Shown here piece by piece: positions 30,101-38,623 of a stretch of 60,607 nt of DNA; positions within the stretch are counted from its first letter, which is position 1; the number at the start of each line of letters is the position of its first letter. The position numbers were made by a program, and so were the translations under genes. Origin of the DNA: an uncultured Anaerolineaceae bacterium. Its GTDB lineage: Bacteria > Chloroflexota > Anaerolineae > Anaerolineales > UBA4823. Where the stretch lies: the NCBI GenBank assembly GCA_964642565.1, contig CAZXPK010000003.1, positions 1 to 60,607 on the forward strand, written 5' to 3'. The notes below the pieces were generated by a model that saw nothing but the letters and a program-made list of their open reading frames with translations, searched no databases and was not told the DNA's origin.

Positions 30101-30955
30101 ATGAGTGACCAAATTTCTTTTGATGCCCTACTACCACCCGGAATGGCTGCGAAAGCAGAAGACCTGGGAGTCAAAAAGGCCAACCTCAAAGCCCTCAATA
30201 TGTTCTTTCTGGCTATTCTGGCTGGTGCGTTCATCGGCATTGGTGCCATCTTTGCAACGACCGTTGCTGCGGCTAGTAGCACTTTACCATACGGTGTCGC
30301 CCGTTTGCTTATCGGCCTTGCCTTTACCGTTGGCCTGATTCTTGTTGTAGTTGGCGGCGCAGAATTATTTACCGGCAATACCCTGATCACCATGGCATTT
30401 GCGAGTAAGAAGGTTACCATCTTGCAATTGTTGCGGAATTGGGTGATTGTTTACGTTGGCAACTTTGTCGGTGGTGTCCTGACTGCCTACATCGTATTTC
30501 TGGGAAAACAATATTCATTTGGTGGTGGCTCGATAGGTTTGGCTGCGTTGAATATTGGCGAGTCAAAAACTGCCCTGGGATTCATCCAAGCTATCGCATT
30601 GGGTATCATGTGTAATGCCCTGGTTTGCATGGCTGTCTGGATGTGCTATAGCGCTCGGAGCGTAGGAGATAAAATCTTAGCTATCATTCCTCCCATTGCT
30701 ACCTTTGTTGCTGCGGGGTTCGAACACAGCATCGCCAATATGTATTTCATCCCAGTTTCGCTATTTGTTAAGTATATGGGAGACGCGTCTTTCTTTACAA
30801 CTATCAGCAAGACGGCAGCAGATTTTCCCCATCTCACTTGGGGGAACTTCTTTATTGCCAACCTGTTACCCGTAACCATAGGTAACATCATTGGTGGTGG
30901 AATAATGGTAGGATTGATGTATTGGTTTGTGTACTCACGCAAACCGAAAGCCTAG
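30101..30955 (+). CDS. focA: formate/nitrite transporter family protein (FocA/FdhC)
   Basis: 284-aa membrane protein. GAELFTGN and GFEHSIANM signature motifs of the FNT family. AAGGAG RBS. Confidence 0.9.
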   Translation: MSDQISFDALLPPGMAAKAEDLGVKKANLKALNMFFLAILAGAFIGIGAIFATTVAAASSTLPYGVARLLIGLAFTVGLILVVVGGAELFTGNTLITMAFASKKVTILQLLRNWVIVYVGNFVGGVLTAYIVFLGKQYSFGGGSIGLAALNIGESKTALGFIQAIALGIMCNALVCMAVWMCYSARSVGDKILAIIPPIATFVAAGFEHSIANMYFIPVSLFVKYMGDASFFTTISKTAADFPHLTWGNFFIANLLPVTIGNIIGGGIMVGLMYWFVYSRKPKA

Positions 30956-30969
30956 AACTGCCAATATGC

Positions 30970-31006
30970 CATGTCTGCCAGATACTAATCCCATCTGGCA
31001 GACATG
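30970..31006 (+). terminator. strong hairpin after focA (possible terminator or processing site)
   Basis: Perfect 14-bp inverted repeat CATGTCTGCCAGAT / ATCTGGCAGACATG with a 9-nt loop, 15 nt after the focA stop. There is no clear U-tract. Confidence 0.45.
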
Positions 31007-31015
31007 CATGGTAGG

Positions 31016-31044
31016 TTGTTAAATATTTGAAACATATATAAAAT
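31016..31044 (+). promoter_or_regulatory. candidate promoter (TTGTTA-N17-TAAAAT)
   Basis: TTGTTA at 31016-31021, a 17-nt spacer, TAAAAT at 31039-31044, directly after the focA hairpin. Confidence 0.3.
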
Positions 31045-31114
31045 CGTAACGAGGATACTGCCGGTAATTTGCTTTATCCGCTCATTACTTTGAAGAATTT
31101 CAACAGAATGGCTC

Positions 31115-31678
31115 TTGGGTACTCCCTGGGGCCTTTATTTAGTATGGTTAGGTTTTATTGGTGAATATATAGGTAGTTGGCTGGGGAATCCTATATTAGG
31201 AGATAATGAAGTAGGTTGGCTGAGCACTCAAGAATTTCAGATAACAAATATTTCATCCGATGTAACAATCGAATGCCTATCGGTCGGTTGGTTTAGCTTA
31301 ATGGGAGCACCGATTGGGTTCGATCTGTCAATATCAATGGATGGGATGTTAAAACATCAGGTCCCGATTGGAAGCGTAAATCATGATGAACTTAATGATT
31401 TACCAGATCCAACCCCAAGACAACCGAGCACTGCTCATGCCGTGTCTCTATGGAATACTTTGCAAATGAGCCATTCGTTACGGCCTCGATTACCTGAAGA
31501 TATATCAGCAACATCGATTAAAGCTCAAATAGCGATTGAATTATTTAATTATTTAAAACCACCTGTTACCACTGCTACACAGGAAGCAAGAAGAACAATT
31601 CTGGATTTACTGATAGAATACAATTCAGAAAACCCACCAAAAAAAGAATGTTTAATAGTTAAGGAGAAACACCTATGA
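31115..31678 (+). CDS. hypothetical protein
   Basis: 187-aa ORF with a TTG start and no convincing RBS. Its stop forms an ATGA overlap with the next gene. No motif recognised. Confidence 0.35.
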   Translation: MGTPWGLYLVWLGFIGEYIGSWLGNPILGDNEVGWLSTQEFQITNISSDVTIECLSVGWFSLMGAPIGFDLSISMDGMLKHQVPIGSVNHDELNDLPDPTPRQPSTAHAVSLWNTLQMSHSLRPRLPEDISATSIKAQIAIELFNYLKPPVTTATQEARRTILDLLIEYNSENPPKKECLIVKEKHL

Positions 31679-32145
31679 TTTCACCAGAAATATTAAGGCG
31701 TTATCCATTCTTTGGGAGCTTAACTGATACGCAGATCAAAGCATTGGCCATGATTGCGGAAGAACAAGCATGTGGAAAAGGCACCGTTCTATGCGAAGAA
31801 GGTAAACCTGCCGATGCATTCTATCTTCTTGTGGATGGTGGCGTTAGCTTGTATTACGTGTCTGAGGATGAATTCCACCCTAAAACACGGAAGGAATTTC
31901 TCGTAGGTGAGGTGAATCCAGGTGAGGTTTTTGCAATCAGCGCATTTATTGAGCCATATATATATACAGCAACCGTCCGTGTTGATAAAAACAGCCGGGT
32001 AGTAAAATTTGATAGGATTGCATTAAATGAGTTGATCAATAAGGATCCAAAGCTAAATTGCATATTGATGTATAAAATCGCAAAAGCGATGATGGAACGG
32101 CTCACTTTTGTACGCGTACAGTTAGCCGCTGCCTGGGCGAAATAA
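31675..32145 (+). CDS. stand-alone cyclic-nucleotide-binding (CAP effector) domain protein
   Basis: 156 aa. FGSLTDTQIKALA...GTVLCEEGKPADAFYLLVDGGV...GEVFAISA fits the cNMP-binding beta-barrel. No HTH or other output domain. AAGGAG RBS. Confidence 0.7.
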   Translation: MISPEILRRYPFFGSLTDTQIKALAMIAEEQACGKGTVLCEEGKPADAFYLLVDGGVSLYYVSEDEFHPKTRKEFLVGEVNPGEVFAISAFIEPYIYTATVRVDKNSRVVKFDRIALNELINKDPKLNCILMYKIAKAMMERLTFVRVQLAAAWAK

Positions 32146-32174
32146 GGATTTACGTTATATAAGGAGCGCATGTT

Positions 32175-32741
32175 ATGGTCACCAAAGAAGATCTTATCTA
32201 CCGGCAGGTATTCACCTTAAAGGATGGAGCGAGGATCTTGCTTCGTCCGCTGACTCAGGACGATCGTCAGGCATTGATCGATCTATTCGGGCCAGTATCG
32301 ACGGAAGATCTGCGATACATGCGGCACAACGTAAAAGATTCACAGGTTATCTGTCAGTGGGTGGATGGACTCGACTATACCAAAGTATTTCCCTTGGTAG
32401 CAGTATTTGGGAGCAGGATTGTTGGTCTGGCAAGCCTTCACCTCAACCAGGGACCTGCCCGCCACCGTGCAGAAGTTCGGGTATTTCTACCCAGGGATTT
32501 CCGGCATCGTGGAGTAGGCAGCAGATTGCTACAAGGGTTAATCGAATTAGCAAAACGCCATAATCTTTATCTTATAGAAGCCCAAATCCCGAGTGACCAG
32601 ACTCCCATCATCCGTTCTTTTCAAAACCTTGGGTTTGAGCCAAAAACTGTATTTGATGATTACTTCATGCTCCCAGACGGTGATCTACGCGATGTTACTC
32701 ATTTAATATTACGCTTACGCGCATCGGACGATCAATTCTAA
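32175..32741 (+). CDS. GNAT family N-acetyltransferase
   Basis: 188 aa. Acetyl-CoA binding motif RHRGVGSRLLQGLIELA (R/Q-x-x-G-x-G/A). Confidence 0.75.
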   Translation: MVTKEDLIYRQVFTLKDGARILLRPLTQDDRQALIDLFGPVSTEDLRYMRHNVKDSQVICQWVDGLDYTKVFPLVAVFGSRIVGLASLHLNQGPARHRAEVRVFLPRDFRHRGVGSRLLQGLIELAKRHNLYLIEAQIPSDQTPIIRSFQNLGFEPKTVFDDYFMLPDGDLRDVTHLILRLRASDDQF

Positions 32742-32855
32742 CCCGATCAACCAAGAAAATCATGACATTCTATACTGGAGGATGCCTTACAAATAGAACT
32801 ATATTGATAGCCATCATCATAATTTAATTACTTATCACTGCCTTTGGAGGAAGCA

Positions 32856-33251
32856 ATGCAAAAAATCACTTATGAGACTCCTGCCCTATATGGGGATCAC
32901 CATGTTACCGAAATACGACGTATCCTGCTGGAGCTACCTGGTGTGGAAGATGTATACGCTAGCAGCGCTTTTCACGTCGTCGAGGTCACATACGACCCAG
33001 AAAAGATTAATGATTTAGAGATTGCTGTTAAATTGGACGAAGCTGGTTATTTAGGTGAGTGGACGGTACCGATCGAAGCCGGGGCTGCCGCCTATCATGC
33101 CGCTGTGGGATTAAAACCCTATTTCCGCCACACCGCAGCGTATGAACAAACGCGTTTGGTGGTTAGCTTTGCACAAAATGTATCCTATCTGGGACGTCCT
33201 CTCTGGCCTTGCCCAGGTATGGGTATTATTTCTAAGCCGATGGAGGATTAA
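32856..33251 (+). CDS. HMA-fold-like small protein lacking CxxC (possible metallochaperone)
   Basis: The pattern ITYETPALYGDHHVTEIRRILLELPGVEDVYASSAFHVVEVTYDPEKI...LDEAGY follows the heavy-metal-associated beta-alpha-beta-beta-alpha-beta layout, with GDHHVTE where GMTCxxC normally sits. ATG at 32856 follows a GGAGG RBS. Confidence 0.5.
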   Translation: MQKITYETPALYGDHHVTEIRRILLELPGVEDVYASSAFHVVEVTYDPEKINDLEIAVKLDEAGYLGEWTVPIEAGAAAYHAAVGLKPYFRHTAAYEQTRLVVSFAQNVSYLGRPLWPCPGMGIISKPMED

Positions 33252-33254
33252 TCA

Positions 33255-35276
33255 ATGGTACTTAAAGGTAAAAGGAGCTACGAGGAAAGATCATCAGATC
33301 CCGCAGCCCAGGAGATGCTCATCCGGGCAGACGAGCTGGGAATCGGCACTGCCTTTAGCCGAGCCGAGGATATGGTCCCATGCAATATTGGTGGAGCCGG
33401 AATGTGTTGTAAGCAATGTGGAATGGGACCATGCCGGCTCACCAAAGAAGGACAGGTTGGGGTGTGCGGTGCCACGATAGACACGATTCAAGCCCGTAAT
33501 TTGGTGCGCGCTATTGCAGCTGGAGCAGCAGCCCATTCGGATCACGGGCGTGATCTGGCATTCACTCTCAAAGCAGTTGCCAATGGTGAAACTGAAGGAT
33601 ATATTATCCGCGATGTAGCCAAGTTACGTAACATCGCCTCGATTTACGGTATCAAAATTGAGGGCCGTTCCCCAAACGAAATTGCTAATGACTTAGCTGA
33701 CTTATATACCGCTCAATTTGGGCAGCAAAAAGGCGAAGTCGTCTTAATCAAGCGTGCACCCGAAAAGCGCCAGAAATTGTGGCGGGAACAAGGTGTTGTT
33801 CCACGTGGTGTCGACCGGGAAATAGTCGAAGCACTGCACCGTACCCACATTGGCGATGACCAGGATGCCACACATTTACTACAACACGCCATCCGCACTG
33901 GTCTAGCAGATGGCTGGGGTGGCAGCATGATCGCCACCGACATCTCAGATATTTTATTTGGAACACCAGCCCCAATACTTGGGCAGGCCAACCTGGGAGT
34001 GCTGAAAGACGATATGGTCAACGTGATTGTGCACGGTCATGAACCAACGCTAAGCAACATGATTGTGGCTGCCTCCCAGGATCCTGAAATCATCGAATAC
34101 GCCAAACAGGCTGGTGCAAAAGGTGTGAATCTCTCGGGGATTTGCTGCACAGCCAATGAAATCCTTATGCGCCAGGGCATTCCAGCGGCTGGGAACTTTT
34201 TACAGCAGGAATTGGCAATTTTGACTGGTGCGGTGGAAACCATGATTGTAGACGTCCAATGCATCATGCAAGCATTAGTTAGTTTAGCTGGGAATTTCCA
34301 CACCAAGATCATCACCACCTCCCCAAAAGTTAAGATCAAGGGAGCAACTCACATAGAATTTGATGAGCACAAAGCTCTCACGATCGCAAAACTGATCTTA
34401 CGCCTCTCGATTGACAACTACAAAAACCGCGGCAAGATCCATATCCCACAGGTGCGGGAGGATCTCATCCCTGGATTTTCGCATGAGTATATCAATTACA
34501 TGTTAGGTGGCAGTTACCGGGCATCATTCCGGCCATTGAACGATGCCATCATGGCTGGTCGAATCCGGGGTGTAGCCGCCATCGTCGGTTGTAATAACCC
34601 GCGCAGCAAACACGACTACCTACATAATTATGTAGCTCAAGAATTACTCAAGCAAGACGTGCTGATTGTGGAAACTGGATGTGGCGCAATTGCAGCTGGC
34701 AAATTGGGACTCATGTTAGGTGAAGCTGGTTTAAATAAGGTGGGGCCGGGTTTACGCGAAATATGTGAAACCGTTGGCATTCCACCCGTCCTGCACATGG
34801 GTTCTTGTGTGGATAACACCCGCATTCTGACTGTCCTTACACAGATGGTGGCTGAAGGGGGTTTGGGTGATGATATCGACCAGATCCCAGCAGTTGGTTT
34901 AGCCCCGGAATGGATGAGTGAGAAAGCACTTTCGATCGCGACATACTGTATAGGTTCAGGAGCTTATGTCATCTTTGGAGGCGCGAGCCCAGTTAGCGGT
35001 ATGCCCGATCGCGTATCGGATAGTGACATCATCCTGAATTACATCGGCAGCGAGGGATGGGAAAAGCTTTACGGTGGCAAGTTGGAATTTGTTAATGATG
35101 CCAATGAGATGATCCGCAGGGCTTTGGAACATATTGATAAGAAACGCGCTGTCCTTGGATTACCGGTTTACGACCCTGCACGTTTTGGTCTCAGTGGTGA
35201 TACCCGCATGCTCGAATTCGAAAAACTGCCCATCGCTGAACGCAGGCAGAAAATCTACGGCACTGCTGCCGACTAA
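33255..35276 (+). CDS. acsA: carbon monoxide dehydrogenase catalytic subunit (CODH of CODH/ACS)
   Basis: 673 aa. N-terminal cysteine motifs (CNIGGAGMCCKQCGMGPCRL...GVCGA) and C-cluster region motifs (HGHE, GICCTANE, GCNN, MGSCVDN). Confidence 0.95.
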   Translation: MVLKGKRSYEERSSDPAAQEMLIRADELGIGTAFSRAEDMVPCNIGGAGMCCKQCGMGPCRLTKEGQVGVCGATIDTIQARNLVRAIAAGAAAHSDHGRDLAFTLKAVANGETEGYIIRDVAKLRNIASIYGIKIEGRSPNEIANDLADLYTAQFGQQKGEVVLIKRAPEKRQKLWREQGVVPRGVDREIVEALHRTHIGDDQDATHLLQHAIRTGLADGWGGSMIATDISDILFGTPAPILGQANLGVLKDDMVNVIVHGHEPTLSNMIVAASQDPEIIEYAKQAGAKGVNLSGICCTANEILMRQGIPAAGNFLQQELAILTGAVETMIVDVQCIMQALVSLAGNFHTKIITTSPKVKIKGATHIEFDEHKALTIAKLILRLSIDNYKNRGKIHIPQVREDLIPGFSHEYINYMLGGSYRASFRPLNDAIMAGRIRGVAAIVGCNNPRSKHDYLHNYVAQELLKQDVLIVETGCGAIAAGKLGLMLGEAGLNKVGPGLREICETVGIPPVLHMGSCVDNTRILTVLTQMVAEGGLGDDIDQIPAVGLAPEWMSEKALSIATYCIGSGAYVIFGGASPVSGMPDRVSDSDIILNYIGSEGWEKLYGGKLEFVNDANEMIRRALEHIDKKRAVLGLPVYDPARFGLSGDTRMLEFEKLPIAERRQKIYGTAAD

Positions 35277-35302
35277 GCGCGAAGAGACAATCCGGAGGAT
35301 TT

Positions 35303-37570
35303 ATGTCACGATACATAGCAACGAGAGCGATCCGAGGGGCAAACGCCCTGGTCACAGAAGCAGAATTAATGTTGAACCGAGCTTTAAAGGAAAAAGGACC
35401 AGACACTCCCGTAACATTCCCAAATACAGCTTATTACATCCCGGTTATAGGTGGGATGACCGGAGTAACGGTTGAAAAATTAGGCCAGCTTGAACAGGTT
35501 ATCAAGCATGCTCGAGGCTTACTCCACCCTACCCCATCGGATAACAAGTGGACGCCATATCTCGGTGAAACCCTCGATAGTGGTATGGCAACTCTCCTGG
35601 CTGCAGAAACGATTGAGGTGATCCGCTTTATATATGGGTTACAACCTGAACCAATGCCTGGGATCACCCTAGCAGGAGCAACCCAATATGGCGAACAAAA
35701 TGGTTCCGGTCATCTCAATGGTCCAATTGACGATATCCGCTTGCGCTCCTGGGGTATTCAATTGGTGGATGGTCGTATGCCGGGCTTTGCAGCCATCGTT
35801 GGTGCAGCTAAAACCAATGAAGTCGCAGTAAAGATCGTTCGTGAGCTTCAGCGCCGTAATATCTTGTGCTTCCTTTCCGGGAATGTCAATGGGAGGAGCA
35901 TCATCCACCAATTGATGGAAGAAGGGGTTGAGTTGGGTTACGATACTTATACAGTCCCCTTCGGAACGGACACGATCAGCGCAATTTATGCACTTGGTTT
36001 TGCTACCCGATCAGCTCTGACCTTTGGTGGTCTTAAAATGGGTCAGGCACGCGAAATCTTACTTTATAACCGGGCACGTGTATTTGCCTTCGTACTGGCA
36101 TTGGGCGAAGTGGATGACCTCAAGTATGCTTCAGCCGCAGGAGCCATCAATTATGGTTTCCCTGTCATCGCTGACACCGTCATCCCAGAAATCCTGCCCA
36201 CCGGTGTGACTACATTTGAACATGTGGTCAGCATGCCCTTTGAAGAAATAGAAGGCAAAGATGACTTAGAACGCGCTGAACGCCTGGTGCAAAAATGTAT
36301 TGAGGTGCGTGGAGTCAAACTTAAACTGACCGAAGTACCCGTTCCTGTACCTTATGGCTCAGCATTCGAAGGTGAAGTGGTACGCCGAAATGACATGCGC
36401 ATTGAATTCGGTGGAAAGAATGCGCGTTGTTTTGAGTACCTCGAAATGGCTGACCTTGAGGACGTGGTGGATGGGAAAGTAGAAATCATCGGGCCTGACT
36501 TCTCGAATATCCCACCACAAGGGTATATGGATATGGGCATCGTCGCTCATGTCGCTGGACGTCAGATGCAAAAAGACTTCGAGCCTGTGCTTGAACGACA
36601 GTTCCACTATTTTATCAACGGAGCCTCGGGCATCCAGCATATTGGACAACGCGATATCGCCTGGATCCGTATTTCTAACAATGCGGCTGATAAAGGATTT
36701 AACCTGGAGCACTTCGGTAAGATCCTGCACGCACGTTTCCACGGTGATTTTGGTGCCATAGTGGACAAAGTTCAGGTAACAATCTATACAGACCCTCCAA
36801 AAGTGGAGGAATGGTTGGCAAAAGCACGCACCGCCTATGATTACCGCAACAAACGTCTGGCAGATTTAACGGACGATAAAGTCGAGGAGTTCTATTCCTG
36901 CACCCTATGCCAATCCTTTGCTCCCAACCACGTCTGTGTGGTCAGCCCGGAACGCTTGGGATTGTGCGGTGCATATAACTGGTTGGACTGCAAAGCGTCT
37001 TTCAGTATCAACCCCACCGGACCCAACCAGCCAATCAAGCTGGGCAAGTTGATTGATCCAAAGAAAGGTTACTGGACTGGAACCAACGAATACGCGGTGG
37101 TCGGTTCGCACGGTGTGGTCAGTGAAGTTTCAATGTACTCGATCATGGAAAACCCAATGACTGCCTGTGGGTGTTTTGAATGTATCTGCATGCTCATCCC
37201 AGAAGCCAACGGAATTATGGTTGTCAGCCGTGAAGATCCCAGCATGACCCCGGCGGGGATGACTTTCAGCACATTGGCTGGGATAGCAGGTGGTGGCTTA
37301 CAAACCCCAGGTGTGATGGGTGTGGGCAAGTTTTATCTCACCAGTCCCAAATTCATTTCAGCCGATGGTGGTTTCAAACGTATCGTCTGGATGAGTAGTG
37401 TACTTAAAGAAATGATGGCGGAGGAATTCAAGGTTGTAGTAGAACGCGAAGGTGATCCTGATTTGCTTGAAAAGATCGCTGATGAGCGACACGTAACTAC
37501 AGTTGATGAGCTCCTGGACTGGTTGGCGGAACACAATCATCCTGCCTTAACGATGGAGCCAATGTTCTAA
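35303..37570 (+). CDS. acsB: acetyl-CoA synthase (A-cluster subunit of CODH/ACS)
   Basis: 755 aa. FPNTAYYIPVI N-terminus. A-cluster ligand motifs CTLCQSFAPNHVCVVSPERLGLCG and ACGCFEC. Confidence 0.95.
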   Translation: MSRYIATRAIRGANALVTEAELMLNRALKEKGPDTPVTFPNTAYYIPVIGGMTGVTVEKLGQLEQVIKHARGLLHPTPSDNKWTPYLGETLDSGMATLLAAETIEVIRFIYGLQPEPMPGITLAGATQYGEQNGSGHLNGPIDDIRLRSWGIQLVDGRMPGFAAIVGAAKTNEVAVKIVRELQRRNILCFLSGNVNGRSIIHQLMEEGVELGYDTYTVPFGTDTISAIYALGFATRSALTFGGLKMGQAREILLYNRARVFAFVLALGEVDDLKYASAAGAINYGFPVIADTVIPEILPTGVTTFEHVVSMPFEEIEGKDDLERAERLVQKCIEVRGVKLKLTEVPVPVPYGSAFEGEVVRRNDMRIEFGGKNARCFEYLEMADLEDVVDGKVEIIGPDFSNIPPQGYMDMGIVAHVAGRQMQKDFEPVLERQFHYFINGASGIQHIGQRDIAWIRISNNAADKGFNLEHFGKILHARFHGDFGAIVDKVQVTIYTDPPKVEEWLAKARTAYDYRNKRLADLTDDKVEEFYSCTLCQSFAPNHVCVVSPERLGLCGAYNWLDCKASFSINPTGPNQPIKLGKLIDPKKGYWTGTNEYAVVGSHGVVSEVSMYSIMENPMTACGCFECICMLIPEANGIMVVSREDPSMTPAGMTFSTLAGIAGGGLQTPGVMGVGKFYLTSPKFISADGGFKRIVWMSSVLKEMMAEEFKVVVEREGDPDLLEKIADERHVTTVDELLDWLAEHNHPALTMEPMF

Positions 37571-37603
37571 GGTCTAATCAGATTTTAAAAAGGAGTATTG
37601 CAT

Positions 37604-38581
37604 ATGCCTATTGAAATACCTAAGGATAACTGGCCTGGAACTGTCCGTACGGTGACCATCGGAGCGACTGTGTCCAATGGTGGTACGCGCACCTCCACTG
37701 TCACAGTGGGTGGTGAAAAAAATCTACCCTTCCTTCATTTTGAAACCAAGGTTCCCAACTGCCCGGCGGTGGCTATAGAAATTAAAGACCACCGTCCAGA
37801 TGATTGGTCGGCATTGCTTTTGAGTGCCTGGGGAGAAAACGTGAATGACCCAGCAAAATGGGCAAAAGCTGCTGAAGCCGCAGGTGCAGATCTGATCCAG
37901 CTCTCCCTGTCTCTGACAGACAAAGATGGCAAACCCACTTCGCCAGAATCAGCCGTCAAAGTAGTTAAAGATGTCCTGGCTGCCACCGGGTTACCTCTAA
38001 TGGTATTTGGTCCTGGGCAAGCTGAGGTTGATAACAACTTGTTAGTTCCTGTCGCTGAAGCCACTAAGGGGGAACGTCTGGTCCTGGGCATTGCAGAAGA
38101 TAAAAATTATCGCACCATCATCGCGACTGCTATGGCCAATGAGCACCTGGTGAATGCACGTTCGCCCATGGATGTCAACCTGGCCAAGCAGCTTAATATC
38201 TTGATCAGCGATATGGGGATGCCCCTCGATCGAGTCCTGATGGATCCTACCACCGGTGCCCTCGGATATGGGATTGAGTACGGTTACTCAGCCATGGAAC
38301 GACTCAGGCAAGCCGCCTTACAAGGCGATGCCATGACCCAGCTCCCCATGCTTGTTACACCGGGCTATGAAGCCTGGAAGACCAAGGAAGCTAAAGTTGA
38401 AGCTGGTGTACCTGCAGCTTGGGGTGACTGGTTGGAGCGTTCAATCAACTGGGAAACGTTGACTGCGATGACATTAATCGAAGCAGGCGCGGATATTGTC
38501 GTACTACGGCATGCTGAGAGCGTCCGGCGGGTCAAGTCGGCGATTGCAGATTTAATGGCTGCAGCATATACGCTTGCCTGA
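37604..38581 (+). CDS. acsD: corrinoid iron-sulfur protein small subunit
   Basis: About 325 aa, TIM-barrel-like, immediately upstream of acsC in the conserved acs gene order. ATG at 37604; the ORF-track TTG is at 37598. Confidence 0.8.
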   Translation: MPIEIPKDNWPGTVRTVTIGATVSNGGTRTSTVTVGGEKNLPFLHFETKVPNCPAVAIEIKDHRPDDWSALLLSAWGENVNDPAKWAKAAEAAGADLIQLSLSLTDKDGKPTSPESAVKVVKDVLAATGLPLMVFGPGQAEVDNNLLVPVAEATKGERLVLGIAEDKNYRTIIATAMANEHLVNARSPMDVNLAKQLNILISDMGMPLDRVLMDPTTGALGYGIEYGYSAMERLRQAALQGDAMTQLPMLVTPGYEAWKTKEAKVEAGVPAAWGDWLERSINWETLTAMTLIEAGADIVVLRHAESVRRVKSAIADLMAAAYTLA

Positions 38582-38623
38582 TCCAATGGATAAAGTATCA
38601 TATGATAACTACGGAGATGGAAT

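Noticed and set aside
33142-33480. A 112-aa ORF spanning the junction between the HMA-like gene and acsA.
   Set aside because: It is out of frame with, and overlaps, two better-supported genes that have strong RBSs. It has no motif.
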